Positions 18,984 through 28,473 of a stretch of DNA of 64,000 bases are shown in pieces; position 1 is the first letter of the stretch, and each line of letters begins with the position of its first letter. Source of the DNA: Anaerostipes sp. Lineage in GTDB: Bacteria > Bacillota > Clostridia > Lachnospirales > Lachnospiraceae. The stretch lies in the NCBI RefSeq assembly GCF_018381315.1, contig NZ_JAGZSD010000003.1:135313-199312 (forward strand), given 5' to 3'. A program made the position numbers and the translations under genes. The notes below the pieces were generated by a model. The model saw nothing but the letters and a program-made list of their open reading frames with translations. It ran no database searches and was not told where the DNA came from.

Positions 18984-20032
18984 GATGCTTCTCCTTTCGT
19001 AAACGTCAAAAGCATTTGAATAAACCGGCGGTTTTCTTCCTGTGTCCGGACAGCGATCCGAAACCACCCTGGGCAGAGCCCCCGGTAGTTGCTGCAGTCT
19101 CTGATCAAGAATCCTCTCTTTAGACAGTAGTCATAAAAATCCGGTCTTCCCTTAAAAAACAAATAATTAGCTCTGGAGCCGTACACTTGGAATCCCGCAT
19201 CTGTAAGTGCAATTCTCAAAAGACCTTTTTGTTCTTCCACAAAGCGGACCGACTTCTCTGCATAAACTGTTTCCAAAAGCGCCGCTCTCCCTGCGGCCTG
19301 TGCGGGAGCCGACACTCTCCACGGCTGAGTTACCTCCTCCATTTTTTTAATAATACCCTCATCGGAACACATCCCGTATCCAAGACGGATGCCTGGCATA
19401 GCATAACGTTTTGTAAACGCTTTCAGCAAAAACAAATTTGCATATTCTTCCATACAGCCTGAAAGTTCATAAGCTTTGCCGTCCGGCACAAAGTCTAGAA
19501 AACACTCATCCACTGCCAGCAAAACATGATATTTTCTGCATACTTCCAGCATCCTGACCAGAAATCCCTTGTGTATCAGCTCTCCTGTGGGATTGTTTGG
19601 ATTACATAAAAAAATCATATCTAAAGAAGGTGTGATCTGCGAAAGAATCCTTTCTGTCACCTGGAACCCTTCCGTCTCTTCCAGGTAAAAATAGTCTGTC
19701 TTACAGCCCACACTGTCCAGTGCCTGTTCATATTCTGCAAAGGTAGGTGCCAAAACAAGCGCATGTCTCGGCTTGACAGCCAGCGTCAGGGCAAAGATCA
19801 GATCCGCTGCTCCGTTTCCGCAGATCAGCCGGGATTTGGGCACCTGCTCATAGGAAGATAAAGCTTTCTTCAGTTCCCCGCACCGTACATCCGGATAATG
19901 CTCCACATAGTCTGCCGACTTTCTGACCGCTTCTCTGACACTTTCCGGGGTTCCGAGCGGATTTACGTTAGCTGAAAAATCAATGACATCCCCATGCAGA
20001 TAAATATCTCCTCCGTGTTTGTGCTGCTTCAT
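18968..20032 (-). CDS. cobD: L-threonine-O-3-phosphate decarboxylase (class I/II aminotransferase fold)
   Basis: HGGDIY...NPNNPTG PLP-enzyme motifs. GGAAGGAG RBS favours ATG 20032. Overlaps the cobQ start. Confidence 0.85.
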   Translation of the reverse strand: MKQHKHGGDIYLHGDVIDFSANVNPLGTPESVREAVRKSADYVEHYPDVRCGELKKALSSYEQVPKSRLICGNGAADLIFALTLAVKPRHALVLAPTFAEYEQALDSVGCKTDYFYLEETEGFQVTERILSQITPSLDMIFLCNPNNPTGELIHKGFLVRMLEVCRKYHVLLAVDECFLDFVPDGKAYELSGCMEEYANLFLLKAFTKRYAMPGIRLGYGMCSDEGIIKKMEEVTQPWRVSAPAQAAGRAALLETVYAEKSVRFVEEQKGLLRIALTDAGFQVYGSRANYLFFKGRPDFYDYCLKRGFLIRDCSNYRGLCPGWFRIAVRTQEENRRFIQMLLTFTKGEASWLRQ

Positions 20033-20049
20033 GTCCATACTCCTTCCAG

Positions 20050-21018
20050 TCAAAAATTTAAACCAATCATGATGAGAATAAATCCAAAAACGACTGCTGC
20101 CAAAAGGCTGCATCCATACATCAGTTCATTAGCTCTCTGTATGTCTTCCGGCTCCGGTTTTCTTAAATCATCGCCGATAGACGGCTTTTCATACAGTCTG
20201 CCGAAATACCATGCATTGCCGGCAAGCTGGATATGAAGAGCCCCTGCTGTCACTGCCTCTGTATGGGCAGCATTGGGACTCTTGTGGTTTCTGCGGTCCC
20301 TGATGTAAATCTTTTTTGCCATAGATACGTCTTTTTTTGTAAAAAAACACGCCGCGATCATGAACCATGCAGAAATCCTGGCGGGCAGGAAATTTGCCAG
20401 ATCATCCAGCTTTGCCGGATATCTTCCGAAGTTCAAATACTTTTCATTTCGGTACCCGACCATAGAATCCATCGTATTGATTCCCTTATAAAGAAACATA
20501 AGGGGTGCCCCGCCCAATGCCATATAAAAGAGCGGCGCTACAACCCCGTCCGAGGTATTTTCTGCTACCGTCTCTACTGCCGCTTTAATAACGCCTGTTT
20601 CATTCAGCCTCTGGGTATCTCTTCCCACAATCATGGAAACTTCTCTTCTTGCCCCGGAGAGGGACCCCTTTTTCAGTTCTGCAAAAACTTTCATGCTCTC
20701 ATCCTTTAAAGCTTTTGCGGCAATCATCTGATAGCAAAACAAAGATTCCAAGAGAAAACCGGCAGTTCTGTTCCATCCGTAACACAGCTTTAACAGAAAA
20801 AAAGGAATACAAAAGCATCCCGCTCCAATCAAAAGGATCAAAAGGATTCCGCCCGCCCGCTCTCCCCTGTCTGTTTCAGGCAGAACCGAGCGGATTCCTC
20901 TGCTTAGGACCGATATTGCCGATCCGATCAGACGAACAGGATGGTAAAGCCAGTGAGGATCTCCTATCAGGAAATCCAGAAAAAATCCAAGAAATAATGC
21001 TGCCGCTCTCAGTTCCAT
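20050..21018 (-). CDS. cbiB: Adenosylcobinamide-phosphate synthase
   Basis: Membrane protein with MELRAAALFLGFFLDFLIGDPHWLYHPVRLIG signature. RBS AGGAAAGGA. Confidence 0.85.
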   Translation of the reverse strand: MELRAAALFLGFFLDFLIGDPHWLYHPVRLIGSAISVLSRGIRSVLPETDRGERAGGILLILLIGAGCFCIPFFLLKLCYGWNRTAGFLLESLFCYQMIAAKALKDESMKVFAELKKGSLSGARREVSMIVGRDTQRLNETGVIKAAVETVAENTSDGVVAPLFYMALGGAPLMFLYKGINTMDSMVGYRNEKYLNFGRYPAKLDDLANFLPARISAWFMIAACFFTKKDVSMAKKIYIRDRRNHKSPNAAHTEAVTAGALHIQLAGNAWYFGRLYEKPSIGDDLRKPEPEDIQRANELMYGCSLLAAVVFGFILIMIGLNF

Positions 21019-21617
21019 AGTTCTGTATCCTTTCCTGCCACACAGACACGACGGCTGCCGGCAGTCCAATGTTCTTCTTCTATCCGGATCTCATATCCCT
21101 CCAGGTTATTTACCTGCCATTCAAAATAATCCCGGGACGGGACTGCCAGCGCATCTAAAATGCTCATGATGGTTCCTCCATGGGCTACCATAACAAAGCT
21201 GTGATAATGATTTTGCATACAGTGCTCCATACAGAGAAAAAAACCTTTCAGACACCTGGACTGAAACTGAGCTCTGCTTTCCCCTCCGGGAAAAGGAAGG
21301 GTGCCGCCGCTGTCAATCCATTGCTGGTATCGTGGTTCTCCCGATAATTCTTTATAATTCTTTCCTTCAAATATGCCGAAATCACACTCAGAAAGCAGCT
21401 CCTGAATGACTGCATCTCTGTCAGGATAAAGCAACGAAGCTGTCTGTACGCACCTTTTCATGGGACTTGTATAAATCACATCCGCCTGCAGACAAATCCT
21501 TCTTTTGCACAACGCTTTTCCTTCCGGGCTCAAATTTTCATCTGTTCTTCTGCCCACATAACGTCCGTCAAGATTTCCCCCTGTCATTCCATGACGGATC
21601 AGATACCCTTTGATCAT
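21009..21617 (-). CDS. cobC: Alpha-ribazole phosphatase (histidine phosphatase family)
   Basis: MIKGYLIRHGMTGGN (RHG catalytic motif). ATGA stop/start overlap with the upstream cobU-like gene. Confidence 0.75.
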   Translation of the reverse strand: MIKGYLIRHGMTGGNLDGRYVGRRTDENLSPEGKALCKRRICLQADVIYTSPMKRCVQTASLLYPDRDAVIQELLSECDFGIFEGKNYKELSGEPRYQQWIDSGGTLPFPGGESRAQFQSRCLKGFFLCMEHCMQNHYHSFVMVAHGGTIMSILDALAVPSRDYFEWQVNNLEGYEIRIEEEHWTAGSRRVCVAGKDTELWN

Positions 21618-21997
21618 CCTTTGATCACCGTCCCTATACCGCATACCACCCTGTGCACTTCCCTGCTTTCTTTTGCCAGGCAGGTCAGAAGCCTTCCTTC
21701 CATCTCGCGGAACTTCCGGTCGGCTGCATCCGCCGGAACGATTCCGCAACCCAGCTCATCAGCGATGAGAACCACATCAGGATTCGCCTGAACAATACGT
21801 TCTGCTTCTCTCTCCCAATCTTCTGTCTCCGGCATTCTGCGCCTTACCCAATCCTGAAAATGAAACATACAGCGGCAGGTATCAATTTCTCCTTCACCGC
21901 ATACAGCTCCGTCAGCCATTTGTTCAGGCAAAATACCCAGTATCTCTTCTGCATATCTTTTTTTTCCCTGAAAAGCTCCTCCAATGATTAATATCAT
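21614..21997 (-). CDS. CobU-family paralogue, short (127 aa) with a degenerate P-loop
   Basis: RBS AAAGGAG before ATG 21997. C-terminal VVLIADELGCGIVPADAADRKFREMEGRLL...VVCGIGTVIKG matches the CobU C-terminal region, but the P-loop is GGAFQGKK (no Ser/Thr after the Lys). Confidence 0.55.
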   Translation of the reverse strand: MILIIGGAFQGKKRYAEEILGILPEQMADGAVCGEGEIDTCRCMFHFQDWVRRRMPETEDWEREAERIVQANPDVVLIADELGCGIVPADAADRKFREMEGRLLTCLAKESREVHRVVCGIGTVIKG

Positions 21998-22008
21998 TTT
22001 TTTCTCCT

Positions 22009-22773
22009 TTAGATAATGCTGCCTGCGGCAGCCAGACATACTGCAGTGGACAGTTCGCACACCTGCAGAAACCATCCGGCAAGATCGCCGGTGATGCCTC
22101 CAAACTGTTTTTTTGACATCCTGTAATACAAAACAAAAGTTATAAGCGCGGCAAAAGTACACAGAATACCGGCAGGAAAATGAAACAGGCACATCAGCAC
22201 TGCCGAACCTGCAGTCCAGACAGCGGATGACACACAGACAGTCTGCTTATGGGCAGCCCCCGAAAAAGAGGCCGCAAGCCCTGTTTCCTTTGCCATAGGA
22301 AAGGAGGCTATGGACCATGCACTCAGTGCCCGTGACATTACAAACCCACAGGCCAGCAGCGGAAGCATAGACGGACTGATCTCGCTGGCTGCCGCTCCGT
22401 AAGCTGTAAAATAGCAGACACAGGCAATGACTGCGAATGCCCCGCAGTGAGGGTCCTTCAGAATCTCAAGCTTTTTCCCCCGATCCTGATAAGAGGCCAG
22501 TGCATCTGCTGTATCCATGAATCCGTCCAGATGAATTCCTCCCGTAACAATGACTGGAATCAGGACGATACCTGCCGTATAGGCAGGTGTCCCTAACTGA
22601 AGAAAAGCTCCGGCCTTTGCCCACAGCATTACAAAAATGCCTGCGGCTGCTCCAACCACAGGAAAAAAGCAAAGCGTATACTTCATATTCCTGTCTGTCC
22701 ATTCACTTTTGGGCACAGGTATTCTGGAATACATAGAAACTGCAATTTTAAAGCTGTTCCACAGCTGTTTCAT
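22009..22773 (-). CDS. cobS: Adenosylcobinamide-GDP ribazoletransferase (cobalamin synthase)
   Basis: Polytopic membrane protein with MKQLWNSFKIAVSMYSRIPVP N-terminal signature. Confidence 0.85.
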   Translation of the reverse strand: MKQLWNSFKIAVSMYSRIPVPKSEWTDRNMKYTLCFFPVVGAAAGIFVMLWAKAGAFLQLGTPAYTAGIVLIPVIVTGGIHLDGFMDTADALASYQDRGKKLEILKDPHCGAFAVIACVCYFTAYGAAASEISPSMLPLLACGFVMSRALSAWSIASFPMAKETGLAASFSGAAHKQTVCVSSAVWTAGSAVLMCLFHFPAGILCTFAALITFVLYYRMSKKQFGGITGDLAGWFLQVCELSTAVCLAAAGSII

Positions 22774-22779
22774 TTTAGG

Positions 22780-23292
22780 TCATCCTTTCTGTATCAGCGG
22801 AATGCCGTATACGACCTCCACCACCCGGTCTGCCATCTGTGCCATCCGGCAGTTAAGAAACCCCAGATACTCCTGATACTGCACCGTTTCCGGAGGATAC
22901 TTTATCCCATCGGAAAAAATCTCGTTGGTGACGATACAAATATCCTCTGCTTCTTTAAGAAGCTTCTCTATCCCGGCCAGGATTTCCTCTGGTGTTCCTG
23001 TACCTGCCCCTTCTTCCATAAACATCTCGTTGGCTGCCAGATTTGACATACAGTCTAAGAGTACATGTGCCCCCTCCGGCAGTCTGACCGCAGACAGGCC
23101 GGTGAAGCACTCCAGGGTTACAAATCCTCTATCCCGGCGCATTTCCCGGTGTCTTTGAATCTTCTTTTCGGTTTCTTCATCATAAGGAAACATGGTAGCT
23201 ATATAGATTTTTGGCTCTTTCCAGGAATCTGTGAATCCTTCGGCATATTCTGACTTTCCGCTGCCGCTGCCTCCGGTAATTAACGTAAACAT
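22780..23292 (-). CDS. cobU: Bifunctional adenosylcobinamide kinase / adenosylcobinamide-phosphate guanylyltransferase
   Basis: MFTLITGGSGSGKSEYAE intact P-loop, about 170 aa. Confidence 0.85.
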   Translation of the reverse strand: MFTLITGGSGSGKSEYAEGFTDSWKEPKIYIATMFPYDEETEKKIQRHREMRRDRGFVTLECFTGLSAVRLPEGAHVLLDCMSNLAANEMFMEEGAGTGTPEEILAGIEKLLKEAEDICIVTNEIFSDGIKYPPETVQYQEYLGFLNCRMAQMADRVVEVVYGIPLIQKG

Positions 23293-23304
23293 CAGGCTCT
23301 CCTT

Positions 23305-24354
23305 TCACACAAGCGGGACATACTGCTCTATGTCAACTTCCTCAAACGTACTCATCTCATGATAAACTGCCAGTGCCAGGTCCAACAGCGGAAACAGCGC
23401 CAGTGCCCCCGTGCCTTCCCCAAGGCTCATGGAACAGTCCAGGCAGGGCTCCAGCCCAAGAGCATCTAACAAAATTCCTGCAGCGGGCTCCTTTGATCTG
23501 TGAGACGGAAGGATATAGTGGACAGTGTCCGGACATATGCGGACCGCTGCCAGCGCCGCGGTGCCGGAAATAAAACCATCCATCACGATGGGAAGCTTTG
23601 CCGCGGCTCCCCCGAGGAACAGTCCGGTCAAAGCAGCCAGGTCAAATCCTCCCACCTTTGAAAGCACATCCAAAGGATCTTGTTTGTCTGGTTTATGCAG
23701 CCTTACTGCCTGTTCAATCACCCGGATCTTCCGGCAGAGTCCATCGCTGTCCAAACCGGCCCCGCGTCCGGTCATCTCACCTGCCGGACGGTCCAGAAGA
23801 ACTGAGGCAGCGGCACTGCTTGTAGTTGTATTACCGATTCCCATCTCCCCTGTAGCAGCAATCCGGTATCCCTTGCTGTGCAGGTCATATGCCATGGATA
23901 TTCCGGCATTGACGGCGCTGAGAGTTTCCTCTTTGGTCATAGCCGGCTCTTTTGCCATATTCCTTGTCCCGTAAGCAGTCTTTTTCTGAATGAGCTGGGT
24001 TTCACAGGCAATTCCCACATCCACGGCAAACAGATCCACACCCAGATGCCTGCACATAACGCTGGATGTCGCTTTTCCCCTGAGCAGATTTTCTGACACC
24101 ACAGCAGTGACGTCCTGTCCGGACTGGGATATTCCTTCCTCCACCACACCGTTGTCAGCGCACATGCAGACCAGCGCTTTTTTTGAAAGGTTCAGGTTCT
24201 TCTCTCCGGTAATCCCGGCAAGCTTTACCGTCAGGTCCTCCAGCTTTCCAAGGCTGTTCAGCGGTTTCGCTATATTGTTCCACCGCTTTCTGCATTGTTC
24301 CATTGCTGTCTCATCAGGCAAAGTAATCTTACCGCATAGTTCCCTGATATCCAT
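23305..24354 (-). CDS. cobT: Nicotinate-nucleotide--dimethylbenzimidazole phosphoribosyltransferase
   Basis: GEMGIGNTTTSSAAASVLL signature. RBS AAGAGGAAAC before ATG 24354. Confidence 0.9.
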   Translation of the reverse strand: MDIRELCGKITLPDETAMEQCRKRWNNIAKPLNSLGKLEDLTVKLAGITGEKNLNLSKKALVCMCADNGVVEEGISQSGQDVTAVVSENLLRGKATSSVMCRHLGVDLFAVDVGIACETQLIQKKTAYGTRNMAKEPAMTKEETLSAVNAGISMAYDLHSKGYRIAATGEMGIGNTTTSSAAASVLLDRPAGEMTGRGAGLDSDGLCRKIRVIEQAVRLHKPDKQDPLDVLSKVGGFDLAALTGLFLGGAAAKLPIVMDGFISGTAALAAVRICPDTVHYILPSHRSKEPAAGILLDALGLEPCLDCSMSLGEGTGALALFPLLDLALAVYHEMSTFEEVDIEQYVPLV

Positions 24355-25744
24355 CTTGTTTCCTCTTTTCCGTCTGATATTCATGGCACTTCATTAAAAA
24401 TGCCTTCGGCACTTCCTGGTTTCCATAATAATAAAAATGAGGAAACCCTGCAAATAAAGTACTGCTCCCGTGGATACACTCCCATTCCTGCCTTCCCACA
24501 GGCTTTTTGGCACAAAACCCTTTTCCGCAGCTGTCTGAGTCATAATAGTGAAATTCATGGGCTGTCAGTTCTGGGCTGTCAGTTCCGAACAAAGTTCCCG
24601 CCTTTTGATGCAGGGTAATGTATCCAAATCTTGAAAGCTTGTCTTTTTTCAATGCTTTTCCGGGGATCACCCCGGCCATCTTTCTGAGAATTCCGGCCTG
24701 GTCTTCCATCTCTCTGTGCAGATACAGAAATCCCCCGCATTCTGCCATACAGGGAAGTCCGGAAGAGACAGCCGAAAAGATTTCACGTCTCATGGAGACG
24801 TTTTTCTCCAGTTCCCTGCCATATAGCTCAGGATAGCCTCCGTAAAGAATCAGCCCGTCCAGATTTTCAGGCAGACAGCTGTCATGAAGCGGTGAAAAAG
24901 GAACTATTTCCGCTCCCATTTTCTGAAGCAGCTCTAAATTCTCTCTGTATATAAAGCAAAATGCTTCATCCCGGGCCACCCCGATCTTGACCGTCTTATA
25001 TCCGGACCTTTCAAGTGAAAATTGCGGCGCTGAAACGCACTCATCCTCCAGTTTCGGAGCATTTTCTGCGATCCGAAGCAGGGTTTCCCATTCTATGGTT
25101 TCCTTCATAATGTCGGCAAGCTGCATAAGCTTTTCCCGGATATCTCTAATCTCATCCGGCAGCACCAGACCAAGATGACGGCTTTTAAACGTACATCCGC
25201 AGACCTCCGGTACGTATCCGGCAACCGGGATATGCAGTTCTTCCTCGATAAGTTTTTTCAACCGCGGATACATCATGGGAGAAATGCGGTTCAGCAAAAT
25301 CCCTTTGATCTGGCTGTCCTTTTTCCATGACAAAAAACCATGGATCTGAGCAAGAAGGGATGTACTCATGCCTTTGGCATTGACTGCCAGCACCGCCGGT
25401 GTTTTTGTAATCCTGCAAAGTTCATAGGCACTGGCTTTTGCCGTCGTGCCCCCTAGGCCGTCATAATATCCCATGACACCCTCCATCACAGCCAGACCGG
25501 CATTCTCTGCATGTGCAGCCAGGAAAGCTCTGATCTGCTCAGGAGAAGAAAAAAAGGGATCCAGATTCCATGATTCTGTTCCGATGGCTTTTCGGTGAAA
25601 CATAGGGTCAATATAATCCGGCCCGCATTTAAAAGAAACAGGATTTTTCCCCATTTCAGAAAGAGCTGCAAGGATACCGCAGGTAATCATGGTTTTGCCT
25701 CCTGCACTTGCCGGGGCTGTAATCATAAGTCTGTCAATCTTCAC
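24329..25744 (-). CDS. cbiA: Cobyrinic acid a,c-diamide synthase
   Basis: MKIDRLMITAPASAGGKTMITCGILAAL CobB/CbiA ATPase N-terminus plus GATase domain. Confidence 0.9.
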   Translation of the reverse strand: MKIDRLMITAPASAGGKTMITCGILAALSEMGKNPVSFKCGPDYIDPMFHRKAIGTESWNLDPFFSSPEQIRAFLAAHAENAGLAVMEGVMGYYDGLGGTTAKASAYELCRITKTPAVLAVNAKGMSTSLLAQIHGFLSWKKDSQIKGILLNRISPMMYPRLKKLIEEELHIPVAGYVPEVCGCTFKSRHLGLVLPDEIRDIREKLMQLADIMKETIEWETLLRIAENAPKLEDECVSAPQFSLERSGYKTVKIGVARDEAFCFIYRENLELLQKMGAEIVPFSPLHDSCLPENLDGLILYGGYPELYGRELEKNVSMRREIFSAVSSGLPCMAECGGFLYLHREMEDQAGILRKMAGVIPGKALKKDKLSRFGYITLHQKAGTLFGTDSPELTAHEFHYYDSDSCGKGFCAKKPVGRQEWECIHGSSTLFAGFPHFYYYGNQEVPKAFLMKCHEYQTEKRKQDGYQGTMR

Positions 25745-27746
25745 GGTTTACCTCCCCATTTCCCGTGCATGAAAGGATAAAAACCGGATTTTCCCCCATC
25801 ATCAGATGATAGTTTCCCGCTTTTTTTGCCTTCCCTACGGACACATTCACCACATCAAGGTCTGTTACCGCAAGCTTTTGAAAGGCTTTGACCGCCTCGG
25901 AAAGTGTCTCCAGAGTAATGCAGTTTATAACGATCCTGACCTTCGGATTTTTGTAAAGAACCGTTTCCAGTATTCTGTAAAGATTCCCTGAAGAACCGCC
26001 GATAAATACATGCGTAGGCGCTTCCAGGCCGCTTAAAGCTTCCGGTGCCGTCCCCTCAATGATCTGTATAGAGTCTGCATAGAATTTTCTTCGGTTTTCA
26101 TATAAAAGTTCTGCTGCCTCCGGATTTTTTTCCACCGCATACACCCGTCCTCCGGATGCCCTCAATGCCATTTCTACCGACACAGAACCCGTTCCTGCCC
26201 CGATATCATAACAAACCGCATCCTCTGTAAGACAAAGCTTAGACAGGGTGATGCTCCTGACTTCCTCCTTGGTCATCGGCACCTTTCCCCGCAGAAACAG
26301 GTCATCTCTCATCCCATGAGTGACATCGGGTTTTTCTGCTCTATCATTTACCGCACAAAGTACACTTAAGGCATCCGTTTTGCAGTTCAGAAACTCTGAA
26401 GGCTTCCCGGATCTTATGTTCTCATCCGGATATGAAAGCCGTTCCCCTACATAAAGAGTTACATCATCCATGCCATACTCTAAAAGCTCCTCTGCCAGCT
26501 CACTGGTTTCAGTTCCTGTGCCCAGAACAGCAAAAACTTTCCGGTTTGACGCAATTGTATGGATGAATCCGGCCTTTTGGCTGTGGCTGTTTACAACAAC
26601 AGCATCCTCCCAGGACAGATGGATCCGGGACATAAAATACGACAAAGAAGAGATGCCGCAGACGGCCTTCAGGCTCCATTCCTTCTCTGCCAAAAGAAGC
26701 TGATAAAGTTTTTTCGCTCCGCTGTAAAATCCAAGATCCCCGGACATGGCAATGACAATCTGTTCATAAAAAGGATGCTTTCGAATAAAGGATAAAATCT
26801 CTTCTGCCCTGTATTCCTGAAATGTATCTGCTCTGCTGCTTTCTCCGGCTGCCTTTCGGGCTGTCTCTAAAGGTCTCTTTGCTCCGATGAGAAGATCTGC
26901 CTTTCGGCAGGCACTGACAGCTTCCGCAGTCATCGTCTCTGTACCGCCCATGCCGATCCCTGCCAGACAGACGGCAGGATGAAACGGAATCCTGCAGCGT
27001 TTATAAAGCATCTGTCTGCACTCTTTTAAAGTCAGCCCAGATTCTTTAACCGGGCGGCCGATAACCAGGAGTCTTGCCCCCGCCTGCCTGGCTGCCTTCT
27101 GTTTTTCCAGAAACCCTCCTTCTTTTCCGGAATCCTTTGTCACCATCCATCTGCAGTTATACTGTCTGAGCATTGCTGTATTCAATTCTGCGGAAAACGG
27201 GCCCTGCATACAGATCAGATGGCTCCCCTGAAATCCCAGCTCTGCACAATCTTTGACAACCTCCGGCAGGGAAAGCACCCTGGCATAGATTCTTTTCCCG
27301 TAATCCGGAACTGCTGTATATAGGGCCAGATCTTTACTCCCGGTTGTCAGAAGAATATTTCCTTCGGTCCCGGAAAGAAACTCCGAGGCTTCCTGGGCTG
27401 AATCAGCATAAACTACATCTTCAGCATCCTTTTCTATTTCCTCTCTCACTAACCGCACATACTCTGTATGCGTATTGATACAGGCTGTACGAATATTTTC
27501 TGTAACCTGCTGCGCATAGGGATGTGTGGCATCCAAAACCAGATCCGGCTTCTCTCTGCGGATCTGAGCTTCCATCTCCTCAGCAGAAAGTCTCTCATGG
27601 GACAAAATCATGTTTTTCCCATGTTCCACAAGACTTTCTCCATATTCTGTAGCTGTAAAAACATACACTGCTGCCTCAGCCCGGTTTAAAAACTCTGACA
27701 GCTTCCGCCCTTCTGTAGTTCCTGCGAATAAAAATATTTTATACAT
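25734..27746 (-). CDS. Triple fusion: precorrin-6A reductase (CbiJ) - precorrin-6Y C5,15-methyltransferase (CbiE) - decarboxylating methyltransferase (CbiT)
   Basis: N-terminal MYKIFLFAGTTEGRKL (CbiJ/CobK), middle CLAGIGMGGTETMTAEAV (tetrapyrrole methylase, CbiE), C-terminal VCYDIGAGTGSVSVEMAL (SAM-binding, CbiT). ATG 27746 with RBS GAGGGGAT. Confidence 0.8.
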   Translation of the reverse strand: MYKIFLFAGTTEGRKLSEFLNRAEAAVYVFTATEYGESLVEHGKNMILSHERLSAEEMEAQIRREKPDLVLDATHPYAQQVTENIRTACINTHTEYVRLVREEIEKDAEDVVYADSAQEASEFLSGTEGNILLTTGSKDLALYTAVPDYGKRIYARVLSLPEVVKDCAELGFQGSHLICMQGPFSAELNTAMLRQYNCRWMVTKDSGKEGGFLEKQKAARQAGARLLVIGRPVKESGLTLKECRQMLYKRCRIPFHPAVCLAGIGMGGTETMTAEAVSACRKADLLIGAKRPLETARKAAGESSRADTFQEYRAEEILSFIRKHPFYEQIVIAMSGDLGFYSGAKKLYQLLLAEKEWSLKAVCGISSLSYFMSRIHLSWEDAVVVNSHSQKAGFIHTIASNRKVFAVLGTGTETSELAEELLEYGMDDVTLYVGERLSYPDENIRSGKPSEFLNCKTDALSVLCAVNDRAEKPDVTHGMRDDLFLRGKVPMTKEEVRSITLSKLCLTEDAVCYDIGAGTGSVSVEMALRASGGRVYAVEKNPEAAELLYENRRKFYADSIQIIEGTAPEALSGLEAPTHVFIGGSSGNLYRILETVLYKNPKVRIVINCITLETLSEAVKAFQKLAVTDLDVVNVSVGKAKKAGNYHLMMGENPVFILSCTGNGEVNRED

Positions 27747-28473
27747 CTTTATATCCCCTCGGAGTGACCATGGCGCCGGACACGATTTTAGTCTGAGAAT
27801 TGCCGACAAACACGGTCGTAAACATATCCGCATGGGCGTTCCTCAGTTCATGCAGTGTAAGAATCTCTTTTTCCTCACCCTGCCTTCCGATATTCTTTAC
27901 CATGCCGCACACGGTATCCGGAGATTTATACCGGAGCATCAGATCACATGCCTTCTTCAAGTGGTCCCTCCTTTTTTTGCTGGAAGGATTATAAAGACAT
28001 ACAGAAAAATCAGCCTTTGCCGCCGCAAGAAGCCGGTCCTCAATAAGGGGCCACGGAGTCAGCAGATCGCTTAAACTAATCACACAGAAGTCGTGGGTCA
28101 GCGGTGCCCCAAGCAATGCGGCTCCTGCAGTGGCGGCCGTAACTCCCGGCACAATCTCCACTTCTATGTCCGGATAATCTGCACCGATTTCATACATCAG
28201 CCCGGCCATTCCATATACACCGGCATCCCCGCTGCAGATCATTGATACCGTCCGGTTCTTTTCGGCTTCTTTATATGCCATGCGGCACCGTTCTGCCTCC
28301 TTTGTCATGGAAGTGGACAAAAACTCCCTGCCCGGCAGATGTTCTCTGACCAAGTCAATATACACAGTATACCCGATGATGACATCACTTTTTTTCAGAG
28401 TCTCTGCTGCCTTTACGGTCATCTGTTCAAAGTCTCCCGGACCAATGCCTACCACATAAACTTTATGACTCAA
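27739..28473 (-). CDS. cbiH: Cobalt-precorrin-3B C17-methyltransferase
   Basis: MSHKVYVVGIGPGDFEQMTVKAAETL tetrapyrrole methylase signature. Confidence 0.9.
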   Translation of the reverse strand: MSHKVYVVGIGPGDFEQMTVKAAETLKKSDVIIGYTVYIDLVREHLPGREFLSTSMTKEAERCRMAYKEAEKNRTVSMICSGDAGVYGMAGLMYEIGADYPDIEVEIVPGVTAATAGAALLGAPLTHDFCVISLSDLLTPWPLIEDRLLAAAKADFSVCLYNPSSKKRRDHLKKACDLMLRYKSPDTVCGMVKNIGRQGEEKEILTLHELRNAHADMFTTVFVGNSQTKIVSGAMVTPRGYKDV

